Below are positions 47,101 through 62,100 of a stretch of 64,000 nucleotides of DNA, piece by piece; within the stretch, counting starts at the first letter, position 1; every line of letters begins with the position of its first letter. This stretch comes from Balanoglossus misakiensis (taxonomy: Eukaryota; Animalia; Hemichordata). The translations under genes were made by a program, and so were the position numbers. A model generated the notes under the pieces. That model saw only the letters and a list, made by a program, of their open reading frames with translations. It made no database searches and was not told the DNA's origin. The DNA lies in contig CM082587.2 of the NCBI GenBank assembly GCA_040954595.2, forward strand, positions 2,261,000 through 2,324,999, in the 5' to 3' direction.

Positions 47101-50100
47101 ATGCAAAGATTTCCTGTTTTCAAGTCACCAGATCTGACAACTGAAATCAAGTTGAACGTACAAAAATTGACAACACATTTCTCACCCAGTTGAACTTGAA
47201 CTCTTGAACCACCAATGCAGTAGGGCAAACCATAGACAATAGAAGGCAAATCCTGGTGTTCCACAAGTGAGCTTGTACTTTGGGAAATAGCTGTAAAAAT
47301 CTTCAGCTCCTGCAGGGTGTCTGTAAGCATAGGAAAGTCCTTACCTCAGATGGTGAGGTTTTCAGGGGTGGAAAATCCAAGCATATGGAAGGAAAGAAAC
47401 CATTTCTCTCACAGCATGCTGACAGCAACTGAACGGCCAGACCAAAATGGTGGAACTAAACTGAGACCACTTCAGAGAGCCTGAATATATACATATTCAT
47501 CATACACCTGGTCTGTACTATTGATAAACAAATTATGACATAAGACTGGCCATTCATAAACTAATGAATGCAAATGAGACTTCATTTGTATGCTAATTTG
47601 GATGAATGACACAATTGCCAAATTGAATGCCTGCATAGCACCTGTGCTCAGCCAACTAGCAGGAACCAACCAATCAGGGACTTGCTCATGTAGAAAAGAA
47701 TTAATTGCAAGTTGATCTCATTTGGAGTGTATATTTCTAAACTGACAATAAGGTCCAGTTCATCTTATGCATGTGGAAGCCTTGCCAGAGTAACAGTAAT
47801 AATAATAATATCTTGCTATTTTATGAATAAAATGGCTATATGATGTGAAATATTGTTGGTATGGCTATATGATGTGAAATATTGTTGGTTTTATTGCCGA
47901 TTAGCTCTCCATGTCCAGCTGCTCGCACTTTAGTTCATTCACATGATTACAACATAAAACTCTGTACCTTTGTAAAGTACAACATGCTGAGAAAGAAATT
48001 GAGTGTTACAAATCAAGTGGCACTCACAAAGCCTGTATGTGTTGTCAATTACTTCTTTTGTCAGAATGAAATTTTCTGAAAAGTGGATAACATAGAGGAG
48101 AATGGGCAGTAAAGGGTTTGTTTTTATATGCAGCAAAACAATGACAAATGGGTTGGTCTTCATGTTAAAATACTGTGGGTTTTGTCGGAAGTTTAATTTC
48201 CACCCCGTTTACTGCAGGTAGTTTTTCTGCCTTTGTCATGTTAAGCAGACCGACTGAAACGATTTCCTGAACACCTATAGTGGATCAAGGCTGATGTCGA
48301 CTTGTGGCCAGTATCTGGGTAATTCATCAAAGTCCAGCCAGCTTAATTGCCTCTTTAACATTTCCAGCTAGTGGGCTCAATAATAGGAACTTCCTGGTTG
48401 CGTTAATATGTGAAAGCATAATGTCCAGACTTTCCCTGATGGAGAATTCGACCGGAGGGCGACCAACTATGTATAGCCGAACTGTGGAGGTTTTGATGGA
48501 ATGTATGAGGTCAGAGGTCGATCAGCTGATTGCATGGTTAAAGTGGCTTGTCGTGAGTAGACAGCCAAAAGAGGGTTTCCTACGTGATGGTTGGTTTCGA
48601 AGTAAAATCAAAAACGCAGGAAACTTTACGTAATCTGTGACCCATGCCTCGAAAGCCTGAAGGTTGTTCTGTGTCTGTGTGCGTGGAGGTGTATATGGAT
48701 CAATTCTGTTCATGGCTGTTAAGCATCTCGCACATACTGCTTTGCAATGAGTCATATGCGACAAGACACGTTGAAAAGTAGAACAAGCATTTAAAAGTGA
48801 AAAAAGAGTGATTAATATCTAATCATCGTAGTCAAGCCCACATATGTAAAAAACTTGCTTGTGCAGGTGCTCGCTGGGTGTTAGAAACCGTTAAATGATC
48901 TCCCGGCAATACATTGAAGTTGGGAGTTTTAAGCTGAAACTTTCAGTTCAGGGGAGGTCTCCACACAATGGCATCATAGTCACATGTAGTGTCACTTGAC
49001 ACAGTCACTGGGAGGTTAAAATGACATAAAAGGAATACAGCACTGTTGCGGTGTAAAATTACAATTTAAAGGGATCATATGACCTCCCGATTTTGGCATA
49101 CTGGCCTTGTAGGGATCAATATCAGAGAAATACTGCTTTTTTGTACTGTGCACAAGTGTTGTGTGTGGCTTGAAAGACCAAAATATCAAAATTGAATGCG
49201 TGGTGTCTGTGAACAGGAAAGCCACAAGGCCTAGGTTTGCCCTTTAATTAAACTCCCACTCTGGGAAGAATTACGACAACAGTGGGTATGGGGTTCGGCG
49301 GTCTTTGTGGTAACAATCACAAACCATTGTGTAATAGGATGAGTCATTGGCCCAGACAGATTCATTGTGTGATTGGTGGTGTCGAAGCAGGTCAGAGGTC
49401 ACTTCACCAAACACCAAAAAGACATGTTAAACTCACCAAGGACATGTATAATAAAAATAACATTTTGTTTTCAAAACCAACCAAAAGGGAAAACCGTAAG
49501 CCTTAAAGGAGGTGTAAAAACTGATGCAGTGTGCTGTGACAATTGTACATAAACACAGTGACACGCTGGTGTTTATTTGATTTCAACAGATTCACCAACA
49601 ACATTTCCATTAAAAGCTGTTTTATGACCGTGTTCTCTTGTTCCTAATTGACCGTTATTAAAGTTCCAAACAACACATTAGAAAGCAGTTGGTACCTAGC
49701 TGTTAATGATGCCACATTAGATAAATGGGATGATGATTACTCTCCAGAGATGGAAGTAAAGGGTGGTTAGCTGCCTCAGTGCCCTTGTCCAAGTCAAAGT
49801 CAGGCTCTTTTGTTGCCAATAAGCTGTTGAACCCTATTTGAATCTGTTCACTTCACTAATATACTCAGTCTATTTCAACTCACTTTGCCGTCTTGAAGTT
49901 GAACAAAGAACACAGATTTTTCTGGGCCGCGAAGGGTTAAAGGGACAGTACACTAGTCTGGCCTCCTTATGTTGGTGTTTATTGTCAGCCTCTTTGCGGT
50001 ACATGTAATAGCCAACGTAAATTGTGAGCACGCTCAGTAGATATTAAGTTACGGCTCGATTGATGCGCAGAAACTACAGATAGGTCATAGTGTCTTCATC

Positions 50101-53100
50101 AGTTTTTGGCCATGATGAAATTTTCAGCACTGTGTTGGGATGACGCATGTTAGTGGAAGGTGATGGGTCATTCAGTTCAATTTCTCTTTTAACAGGCGTC
50201 GATATTAAATTTGCAACTCTTCAGCTCGGAAAACTATCAGATAGTGGGGATTTTTGTAACTTTTTTGTGAAGGAGCGGGGTAATGTAATGCAATGTACTG
50301 GTAATAAAGTGACTTTGATTGCTTGTCAAGAAAAATCATTTCCCCACAGAGGATGTTCATTGAAAGAAAATTGGCAATCGGTGTCTGTAATTGTGGACAA
50401 GCTATAGAACCTTTCAGACTCGACTCGCTATCAATCTAGGAAACAAATTCTAGAGGGTCGAACCTGAAAAGATTTAATGGCCACTGGCAGCAAAAGCTAT
50501 AAAAGAAGGCATGCTAACAGAAGCTTGGTTAGATGGGAAAGCACTCAGTTCGCGTTGAAAAGGAAATTAAAACCATGTTCACGATGAACAGCTATATAAG
50601 AAATTGTACATGTCCTTTACTTTGAACTTTATATTGGACTCATTAAGTGTAAGTACAGTAAGTGTGCTTGACCGAGTTCTACATGATCTAGATTTTAGCA
50701 GTTTCTTCAGGCTGTGCCAACCTGGATATAGGTTTGTGGAACAGCTGGCTAGACTGCAGACAATTATCTTCATTAGAGAAACTTTAAGTACATGTATGTT
50801 TAAGATTGTGCTGGACAAGGATGGCTCAAAACTAGCCAAATGTCCCTTTAATGTATTGAGGAAGTGTACAGAAAATAGATTTTACTGAGCCATCTGGAAC
50901 CAGGATATAAAACTGAGAGAATAGGATTACAACCATGAGTTGTTGACAATATGGATCCATGCACACACTCCACTCCAAGTATAGCTCTTGAAATATTATG
51001 GAGTTGACAGATTTGAGGCCAAATTATTGATGGTGCCTTTCTTGGTACCATTCTAAAGACCATATAGTCAGGTACTATTTTGAAATCGGTATACGACAGG
51101 AAGTTGTGGGAGATGTTCGATGTGGGGGTGTACTATTTATGGCCTTGTGTGGTGTGCAGATTGTTTGGGGCTGTCAAAGACACACACTTTCCTTCAGACT
51201 CAGATGAGTGAGATGAGAGGAGAAGCGAGATGAAATGTTAAACAGGAAATATTATCTTCATTCATTGAATGCAAACATTCAATTCTATGTCTATAAGTAG
51301 GCATATCACACTGGACACATGAAGTCTGATCGGATACTAGTACTATCATCTCTGTTTCAGAAGTATAATTTTAGTGATTATACAGGATGTATGTGATTGT
51401 ATCAGCAGTCTCAGTTTCACATGCATGTCAATTTCAACTGAAAGCAGCATGATAGCCTTCACGGATTATTAGGCCTCTTTTCAGTTTTCTGAAAATTAAA
51501 TTGAACGCCTCAGTGTGTTTGGTTCACCTGAATAGTGGAATAACTAATATGCGTCTGATTTTGAATTCATCAGTTTCCTTGAAATGTACATAGATGTACT
51601 TTTCATAGGCTGACTGATGAAGCATGCCAGAACTGTTAATGAGCCATTCATTCCATGGTCACGGCTCCGATGAATTTGTTCTCCGGTTTAGCGGCGCTTA
51701 CAATGGCTCATTGATTCCACATGGGACGTACGCAGCAATGAAATGAAATCCCTCACAATGGAGAAAGCTGTTAGAGGATTGCTTGAAATTCATGTTTGTT
51801 GTGAAAACTCAAGATCTTGTGAAATAAGCACACAGAGTCAAGCAGTAATGACCCCCCTGGAAATTATACGCCGACTTTCAATATACTTCGCACATAAAAA
51901 GGTACTATACTAAATTGTCGGTTATACAAGAACCCACACTTAAATATTGATGCCTGTTCAGTTAATAACGTTGATGTCTGAACCATTTTTTTTTACTTGA
52001 CCTCAAAGCAGGAGTGCTGGGTCTTGCTGTTTCACTCAACTCACTCACTTCATAGCCTGCAGTCAAAAGTGACGTGGTGTTCATACCAAACTCTTGCCTT
52101 CCGGGTTGCAACAGAAATCCCAACATTTGATGGATATGGGTTAGATTAGGGCCCTTGACCTTGACCCAAATGTAGCAGAGTGGCAAGAATTCCGAAGTGG
52201 AAACCTAATCCCGCTAACCACCTTTCAACATTCGAGTGATACTAAAAACCATGTAAACTTTGAATAAGTGTATGTAAAATTGAAATCAATCCTATGTACG
52301 TTCATCTAAAACTTGTAAAAGAGTACTGTTCTGTTTTCACAGAAATTAACATTTTAGTTGCGCTTTGTGACTTCTGTCCTTGGGACGTTTATTTCATGTT
52401 TACAGAGTCATAGGGAAATCAGGCATAATAGCCATCATTTCCTGTTGCAACCAGTACCATGAACCCATGTCAACTTTGCAAACTTCGTAAATTTTGGAAA
52501 GTACACCAGTTACAAAAACTGCGGTGATCTGGAGGCCGCATGTCTACTGCATGTTCTGTTGCAAAGAGATTATTCAGACTACCCATGGTATTAAAAGATC
52601 TACGAACAGACCACTGAACTATCACGTACAGACGCAGATTCAGCAATTTCTGCAAGATTGATATTCGTTGTGGGAGAGCTTATTGACCAGATAAGCTTGT
52701 TTTCTGCTGCGTATGAGCTACGCAGAATTTAGTGGAGTGGAACTCCTGGGGCACCAGTGCTTACCAGAAGTGATACATTTTACAAAGTAAGACAGGTGTT
52801 GCGTGAAAAGCTGTCATGGTTGATGCGTTTTCTTAATTGAAATCTATGTATAGTATAGCTAAATTAGGTCGAAGGTCATTCATATTTTCATAATTAGTAT
52901 CAGCTTCCCTGAACTGTCAAGGAAGGCTGTATGATATATGGTGTAACCATCATGCACTGCTTGTCCATTGCATCCTGTGCCATCTTTTCCTCAGGTTTTC
53001 ATCAATTCTGTTCTTCAAGTATCTGAAAGCACGGTATATACACCAAACCATATGTTTGAGGCACACAATCGATCACAGAAGTGTTTTTAATAGAAATACA

Positions 53101-56100
53101 TGTTCAGAAGATTGGAGGTTATATAATTGGGATTAATTTTGAATAAAAATGCAGTTTGTCAAATATTTCATCAACTAATATAATAACTCATAATAAAATT
53201 TGTAATTTTTCAATAAACGTCCACAGCACCAGTAGATAAATTAGCACATATTTGCCATAAAATCAATCAGCCAGTGCCTTTGTCAACCAGACAGAATCAG
53301 TGATCCTTTTTCCTGCATTTTCCTGGCACACCCCTGTGGGTATTTATGAAAACACAGCCAGATGTTCAATATACGCTGTTGTAGCTAGCACCTTGCAGAA
53401 TTATTTAATGCCACCATAAATTACCATGATATTATGCCATTAGCGGCCATATTATTATCAGAGAAAAAAAAAGACAATCCAATTTTCTAAACCCATCACA
53501 AATTCACACAAAAAAACTATCTAAAAAGTAGAGACAAACTGTGTACGACACAATTTATTGGATTTCATAGAGCTGACAAGGAATTCAAAGCAAGATAATC
53601 ATATCTATTCTGTAATACGTAATATTATTCTGAGTGTAATACTGGTAAGCTTATCAGAGAGTCTCTGAGAGTTGAGATTGTGTAACGTTTCTAATTGAAT
53701 AAAATCCAGTCATTCTGTATTCAAAAGCCACAAAGAATGTACTTAAGAGATTGCAGTATTTTTATCCCTGATAAAAGCTAGCTAATGGTAAAATTGTAAT
53801 AGTACCCGACCATTTTCTTCATATCACCAAAGCCTTATGAATATTTTTTTGCCTCATGGAAATTTCAAAGGTCAGAGATTGCAGACTCCCAAATGAGTTG
53901 TAAAAAAAAATTATTGGTTTCAGTTCAAAGGTTTCAGACACTTGATTATATATTTGGACAATTTGATTTGTAATTAGCCTGTCATGCAGCCTTTTAATGT
54001 TTCACAGGGTTAATCTGCATAATTGTTAATTTGGGTCGAACTGTCATAGCCCAGAGCAGTATCAGGTGACTTTCACATGGGAATTTCAAATTTTCTGGTT
54101 GTTGAGTAAATTCCAGGTATTCTCACACTGTTTGCAAATTACTATCCTCTGATTTTTTTGTAATATCGATTAAGGAAAGTTGTACATGTACTCCTTATAA
54201 AAAGGTGACGATGAAAGTTCTTTTCACGGTGTTTCCTTTTTCACTTGAAGTGTGTTGAATTCTCTTCATATGTGTGAGTGGCGTCAGTCTCAGGAAAGAG
54301 AAGTGTAGTCGGTTGAGTGATGGATTGCTTCCAGGAAGATTGTTTCTGAAGCCCTTTTAGCACGGAATTCACAAAGGAGGCGTCGGAAGTTGTTGCCAAT
54401 TGCTGTCCGTGCATATAACTCTTTTACGAGAAAGCCATATATCACAGCGAGGAAAAGACTTGTGTACGTCATCACCAGGTGTTTTATTTATACCTTGAGC
54501 ACTTGCATCATCGAGCGCGTGGTTACATTTCTTCAAGACGACAAACTTTGCAACGATGTGAAATAGAAATAGCATGTCACATTTAGCTGCTACTGTGGTG
54601 TTGTTCGAGGAAAAGAAGTCCTGTAGTTAAAGTTGTCCATTAGAGTTGCCAATCTCGGAAGCAAAAGCAACATTTGGAAATGACACGCGGGGGATTGTTA
54701 AAGAGACTCGTAAAAACTTGTGTAATGTGATGGAAATGTGTTGAGTGTTCTTGTTCTGTCTTTCCTGTTCCACTGAGCGTCCATCACTGTCAATTACCTG
54801 CCACAGTGCAAAAGATTTAAGGAGACTATATCTTCATTTCCATCTCAATTAACCGTGTTTCGAAGTTGCCATAGCGATATCAGTACATCCCCCTGCGAAC
54901 TTTATGCGTCTCACTTGACGTTGTTCTCCAGTATCCATAAGATGATGATGATGATGATAGTAAAATCAAAATTCTTAGGGCACCTGTTCTTGATTTTCCT
55001 GAAACTGAATTTTCAGTTGCGCCGGACAGCAAATGTCCAAGTAAACTCTAGTTTGATGTACATGTATTTCATGCATTTTACAGGAGTTGGTGTTTTCAGA
55101 AGCGAAGATTGAATTTTGATGATGCTGTTTGGGTGAAAAAGGAAGTCATATAATCATAAAATGTTGAATTATAGAACCAGTGAACATGAGTCAACCCAAG
55201 CACCGTTTGAGTGTGACTTGATTAATAGTTTGCAAAATTGCCTCATAAATTTTGATTCTAGATGTGTGGTTGGGTATTTTCAACGTGTAATTTACCCATT
55301 AATTTACCGTTTTTGTCAGTTTATCTACACAGGACCCTGGAGGGAGTGTTCCTAATGTGTGAACTTTTACATGCCTTGATTGCCAAGTTTTTTCTGTTGC
55401 CATAGAAACACATCGCTTCTAGCCATAGCTAGTGTAGGAGAAATGTGAGATTCAATGGGGAGTATACACAGAAAAGGAATTTCAGCGGAGGACTCTGATT
55501 TTACTATTAACCGTAGTGACTTTACAATGAAGTTGTGTGTCATTCATTTCTCGAGGGAGAGACTGTAATGAAAACATGGGTAAGGCAAACAAAACTCTTT
55601 CATGCAACCCCTTTTCATCCCATTCAAAAGTTTGCAAGTGTGAGGTGACCAGAATATTAATAGTATGGTGAAAGTGAAGCTGATTTTTATGCCTACAATT
55701 GATGCCGTCATCCTAAGGTGACAAAGATTTGTTTGTCATGCAGGTGTACCCTTCCACCCCTATCCTTTTGTGTGCAGGTCCAGTTTTGTCATTGAAACAA
55801 TGTAATTGGACCACATTGAAGTTGGTGGAAGGGTTGTTCACCTGACACATCTAAAATGTATAATGTGTACAGTGAAAACGTGTGTGAACCAAACTGATAC
55901 TGAACCCCTTTCATGTTCCCCTTCAAATATACTTAAGACGCTTCAGTCAAAAGAACTTCTACGAGCAAACAGGCATGCAGTCAATTTTGAGTACCTAGCG
56001 ATGTGCCTTCGAGCAGAATGACAACCATTCTCTAACAGCCAATAATTCAACATGTTTCGGTAAACAGAACAAACAATTCAATAAAAGAAATGAAGTTGAG

Positions 56101-59100
56101 TGATTTCAGCAGTGTTATTTTCCTCATTTCCGTGGAAAACGATCGGAATATATCGAATTTTTCTGTCCAAGTTTTCTCTCACTGTGTGTAGATGCAAATA
56201 CCATTAGCGACACTGATTTAATAGTATCTGTTTGTATGGAATCGCATCGAAGTTTGTTCAGCCTAACATCTAAAGGCATCGTGTAATGGGTTTGGTCAGT
56301 ACAAACACAGATGCCGTCATTCTAAGGATTATTACCTGTTTTCAACTTCAACAATTTCCGTCAGTTATAAACAGACTTTATCACTGTATTAATTCTTTGC
56401 GATGCAATGGGGTGGTTTGTGATCAACGTACAATTTAACTGCACACACACACACCTAGAAATCATATTTTTGAATATTTATGAGGGCCAAGTACAGAGTA
56501 TGCATTCTGTTGAACATCTGTGCCCTGCTGAAGCTGATAATTAAAGTAACGTGTGAAAATTATCCTTGATTGCAATTCTCAGTGACAGGTTTCCCTAATC
56601 ATATTTTATGCAGATATATAGGGACCTAAAGGAAATGAACTGTTTTTTTTCGTAATTACTTTTTCAAGGTTCTGCAATATAAGCTTTGATCACATAATCA
56701 TTATCCAGGGGCCATTTTATTAGCAAATCCAGTAGCCTATCAAAATGAGCGTCATGCTAAGACTAAGAGATATAGGGAAAAGTTTTCCAAAGTCTAAAAA
56801 ATATTTGGTTGGACCCAGGAAAAATGTATGAAGGTATCGTCCTTGGTATTGAGTAACTTCTCTGGATCTTCATTATGCGGTCATCGGTTGCGAACCAACT
56901 GAAGTGACGTTGTGTCGCATGAATCCAAAGAGGATTATTTCTCAATAAGAAAATGCAGAGTTGGGTTCTTTGATACACAGAGAATTATTGGCTTTGTTCA
57001 GATGATCTTGTGCTCTTTGGCGGAAAACTATCGTAGGCATGTATACGGAAACCCAGACTAGATCATTTCAATTTCCTGCAGTGCTATTTCAGGCATTCAG
57101 AGACACACAAGAGTCTATATACAAAGTATATAAATAGCTCTGTATCAGGCTGACTTCTGTGCACAGTTCAACAAACCTGTCACAACCTTGCCATCACATA
57201 CTTCATCAAGCTTCGTGACAACCTCACCCGAGCCAAGACGGAAATACACCGTCGATCTCCGACTGACACGTCAAATGTTTTTGCATCAACAAGCTTTCGG
57301 AGGAATTTCCCCACCCCCCACTTTTCCCACCCCCACTTATAGATATCAGATTTATCCACACCACAGCAGCGATAGATACACAATGTCTATCGTACTTTGT
57401 ACTCGAACTGAAGCATAAAATAGAAATGCTTGAAACAACTGATAGGTGGGGCTAACACACTGGTGGACACAGACTCGCGGCGCATTCCGTGCATTGTGAA
57501 AGCGACTGTTGGTCCTCGCACAAATATTCACTTCCTTATTTCGTCATTCCCGATAATTGGGTCAGCTCATCAAGGGTGGCCCTGTGGCTGGCTTTTACTT
57601 TTATTCTTGCACTGCTTGGTGTCAAAATTGATTCTGTGACGTCACATGTTCTCTTCACACCATGTGAATCTTCACAGTTTGCTGCTGACTGATATTTCAG
57701 ATAAAATCAGATTTAACTGAAAAAAACTTTAGGAATCCCCAAGTGTCTTTATCTACATATAGTACATGTAGTCACTTTTTATCAGATGGTAGCGCCATCT
57801 GACCTAGATGACCCAACATTTTAGCAAATGTCAATAGTTTATTTGGTCAAGGCTGTCCTTGGCTATTAACTAAGAATTTCGGAATTTTTTTAACAATGTG
57901 TGCTTTCTGACAGTGTGTTATGGTAGCTCCAAATTCTTATGGTGTAAATTGGACCCTTATGAAATATGTGAAGTATGTGGTTTTCCTGTACCAAGGCATA
58001 AATTGTGGAGTGACTGTGATGATATGAAAGGTCTCAAAGAAAATGCTCATGCTGTATAAATTCAACAATGCTATGGGAACCACTTGAATAAAAAAAAACA
58101 TGAGCTAATTGTTCAAATAAACAGTAAATCACCGATTACTGAGAATGAATATGTCAGTTTAACTGGAAAGTTTGCCTCATCGTTATAAAAAAGCCATAAT
58201 TTTTCAGCAAGAGTTGATAGATGTGTGTCATCATAATTGCGTTTGATATTGTCAGTCATGAAATATTTATTTTCTGTCGTAAAGGAAGAAAATTGCGACA
58301 CCTGTCAGTGGGAATACAAGCAGTTCATCTTCATTTTCAAGTGGTATAAACTTGCTGTGTGGGTGGTTTCTATAATTATTATGACAGCACAGCTTGGCAC
58401 TTCAAAAGCGAAGTAGTGTGTGCAATGAATATCCCTGTGAATGATACACAAGCAAAAGCTGATCATCACCTGTTAAGAGCAGGTTTCGTTTGATGACAAA
58501 GAAGAACTGAACAGATTATTAAATATTGGCTTTTGTGTTTACATGGTACATGTAGCAAATAATTTATGATGGCTGAAACCGGGAATTGTGTTGGGAATTC
58601 AGAGCAGTTCTTGCATCCAGGTTTTAGAATGAACAAAAAAGGAGGAACTGGTACTTTTGGAGCATTTGTGTGAGAATCGTGTCAGGAGAGTGTGTTCTGA
58701 GGCAGAGATAAGGAGACCAACAGAAGCAACCTTTGGTATTAAACATAAATAAACCATCTTTAATTAATTTTTCATAGTGACATACAAAAGTTTGTCTGCA
58801 CCTGGCTTTGATAATGGTCTCTCATGATGAAGTAACCCTGTACACAGCTGTGCTGCCTGCCCATCACGAGCATCACGGTTTGAAAAGATGACCTTTGGCA
58901 GAGAGCAAACAGATCTTCAACCACAAGTTGTTACTGAGCGCCCACTGATTAGTGAAGGACTAGATAATGATGGCAACAGTGTACGAGAGTTTATATATGC
59001 CCTAATTTCACCTCTACTTAACACATTCAAAGTCAAACCAGGGGGAAAATAGCAAGCCAGTCGATCCTACGCAAGCGACGACAGAACTAGCTTTAATGAG

Positions 59101-62100
59101 GAAGCTACCATTGTATATTTACACATACCCTGCCTTCTATTACACAGTTTGGTTCAAAAACTACCCCTGGAATGGGAATTTCAGGGGTAGCCTTAATTCA
59201 GGGCTGTTTGCGAAGTCATCAGATTCATATTAATTTGGCTTCTTGGCTGTTGTCAGTTCCAATCTGTTCAAAATTTTGCCGCCTAATCTGTTAAGCTCAA
59301 TTTGCATTGAGACTGCTTCTTAAGAAAGTCCAGAAGGCGAAAGCATCACCTTTGATATAGAGATCATTAATTTCTGATTTTACACCCGAGGCAGCGAAGA
59401 TTCGGAAAAGAAATGTTGAGGTGCATGAAATGTAGAAATAATCTAAAATTCTGAGAAGATGAAAAGGTGGTGATTACTATAATCATATTTTATCGATTCT
59501 TCAAAGCTAAACACCTGAGTGTGTATCCGAAATTGTCTTCATCAATCAGCGCTCTTCCGATGAAGTATGCTATCCTCTTGATGTCTCCGTTTTATGTCTG
59601 GTCTGTCGCCACTTCTCAAATAAATCACACCAAAATCTGTCTTCTCAATCACACAGCAATGAACTGCAGGGCTGTCTTTAAACTTTACAGGGTAAAATCC
59701 AATTTTGCCGTCTTTTTATGAGAATTTGTCGAGATGAGTGTGCAATAAATGTCACATGTTTGCCAGGGTCCAGTGAATTCAGCATGAAATATTCATGGAT
59801 TTCAAGATTTTGCAATAGTTTGCAAACATTCTCTGGTGGTTCAATACACCAGCGGCCTGGCTAACCTATTGGATAGTTGTTTACAATATTTCTGTGGAAA
59901 CGTGAGAATTTGATTCAGGTTTTGATTGATTCCAGTCGATTAAGAAAGCAAATCTCTACTGAACCAGTCAATTTAAAAGAAAACAAATCAAATATAGGAG
60001 AAGCTGAAAAGCGGACACTTTAGTCGTAAGTGAAGCACGCAAAAAAAGCGCGTTCACTAAACTGTTGTCGTAAGTTAACATTTTCATTGCATTAGGTCTC
60101 ATTCCTCAAGATGCCTGCTCGTGGGCACTGCAGCTTTACTTGTAAATGAACCAGATCCTTGAAGACAGATATATCACCTTGGAGATGTCTTACTAATGGG
60201 ATTTTGTCTTGTCCAATGACAAGGTACTCGTCCCCCAAGGAAGACAGCAATCAGGCTTCTTTATCTGGTCAACTGGCAGTACCGTACTGAAAGCGTGTTC
60301 TGAATAAATGATGCGTTTGAGCTTTTGGTTTTTACGTTCCCTAACTGGTGCTCTCAATTCTGTGCATTTGTGGTTGTGAACAAGTAATGGTTTTGAAACG
60401 TGTTACTTAACAACACGTTTCCACTGAAAATATCACAGCAGAAGACGTTTGATAGAGGCATGTACTGACAGTTAGTCAAAGGAAGTTCCGTGTGAAAAAA
60501 AATGTCCATATTAAAATAAATGGAGCCATAAACAACTTCTAATTATAGACATAAAATATTCCAGGGGATAAAATGTTGCTACTTAAACTCCCAAACTGTC
60601 TGTTTGATTTGTGGTTTAATATGTGGTTATTAATTTTTATATTCTGCAAGTCTTGAAGTGTGGAGGTGGTGTCACATGGACCTCGCACACAACACATAAC
60701 AAGTCAGAAAACTTTCCTCCAACTATGAAATCCCTCAACATCTAGAATCAAGTTCTCTGAACTAAATTATTTTATTCTCTCTTTTTTGTGTCCATGACAG
60801 AGACTCCACGGAAGTCCACTAAAAAGAGCAGCGGCAACTCGACTCTGAAGAAAATCAAGAAACTCTGGGGGACTTCTTCTACTCCGAGTCATAAAACCGA
60901 ACAGCATGAGAAGAACCTAGTGCCTGATATCACTGCTCTGGACGCAAATGATAAAAAGGAGGACAAGAAAGAACCGCAACCTAAAATAGAAAAGGTGGGA
61001 ACTTGTTTTGATCACAAACTTACGTTGTCCTAAAACTTTTTTTTTTTCATTATAGTCATGGTGCGTTGTTTAGCATCTGTACTCCCACAAGTCATAATGA
61101 CATTTGTGTTTTTGTCTCCTCCAGAACATTGACACACTCAAGAAATCTGAAGATGATGTGTGTCTCGCCCTCAAGTGGTTTAAAAGTAAGTGAATTCCAT
61201 GCTGTAGGTTCCCCCAAGTTGAGAAGTGAATGACTTGTTACGTTAATCTCAAGTCTAACAAGACTTGTTGAAGGATATCACTGACTTCACACTAACTGTC
61301 AAGGTAACGATATGCCATGAACGACAACCCTATGAAGTCCCATTCAGGAAGTGATTTTATTTTGTGTGTGCATGTATTTCAACACAGATGCCATTGACAA
61401 AAATACCATGATGATGTTGGAAGGGTCCGCAACAGAAGTACTGAAAGCTGTGGCAGAGTTATTCAACCAGCTCAACCAGCTCAGCATATGCCCATATAAG
61501 GAACAAAGGTGAGTGAGATCAACCAATCAGAGATTGGACACCTAAGTGCACATTTTTGTGTAAAATTTACTGTAGCTAGGCATAGGTGGCATGAGTAAAT
61601 GAGAGAATTTATCAGCAGTCCTGGCGTTTATAGAACAGTCTTAATTAATTTATCGACATGACTACAAAAAATGGAAGAGAAAGTAATTGTGGGGTTAGCG
61701 TTTGTTCACACCCTCCATATATTAAACCATCGTAAGCTCTGATAACATCTTTCCAACATTTGCAGTCTTTTAGTATTCTGGAGAGGTTGCCAAGGTATTT
61801 TATCAATTCCAATCGGAGAGCTGATGTCACCAAGTGGGGTCACCTGTGAGGCAGTTTTTACTTTCAGATGTTGAACTCTGACATTTTACTCACATTTAGA
61901 TCACATTTATTCTGGCTACTGGGATATAGGGAAACTTGCTTGCTTGTGTATATTCAAAATGTAACCAGAAGCATACTAACTAAGACATCTCATAAAAGTC
62001 ATCATTTTTGTTCAAAATCTTCACAGTTCCACTCTAATGTCCAGCCACAACCAAGTATACCAGAGCCTTGCCAAATTGATCCGCTGGGCTGACAAGCTGT

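Noticed and set aside
47300-47470. Minus-strand donor (GAG|gtaagg at ~47344) suggesting a nested antisense gene
   Set aside because: No partner exons or coding frame found; isolated consensus sites are common.
57169-57418. Ser/Thr/Pro-rich ORF (…SPEPRRKYTVDLRLTRQMF…) as an additional C3G exon
   Set aside because: No good donor or phase match found and no homology recognised; cannot be fully excluded without RNA-seq.
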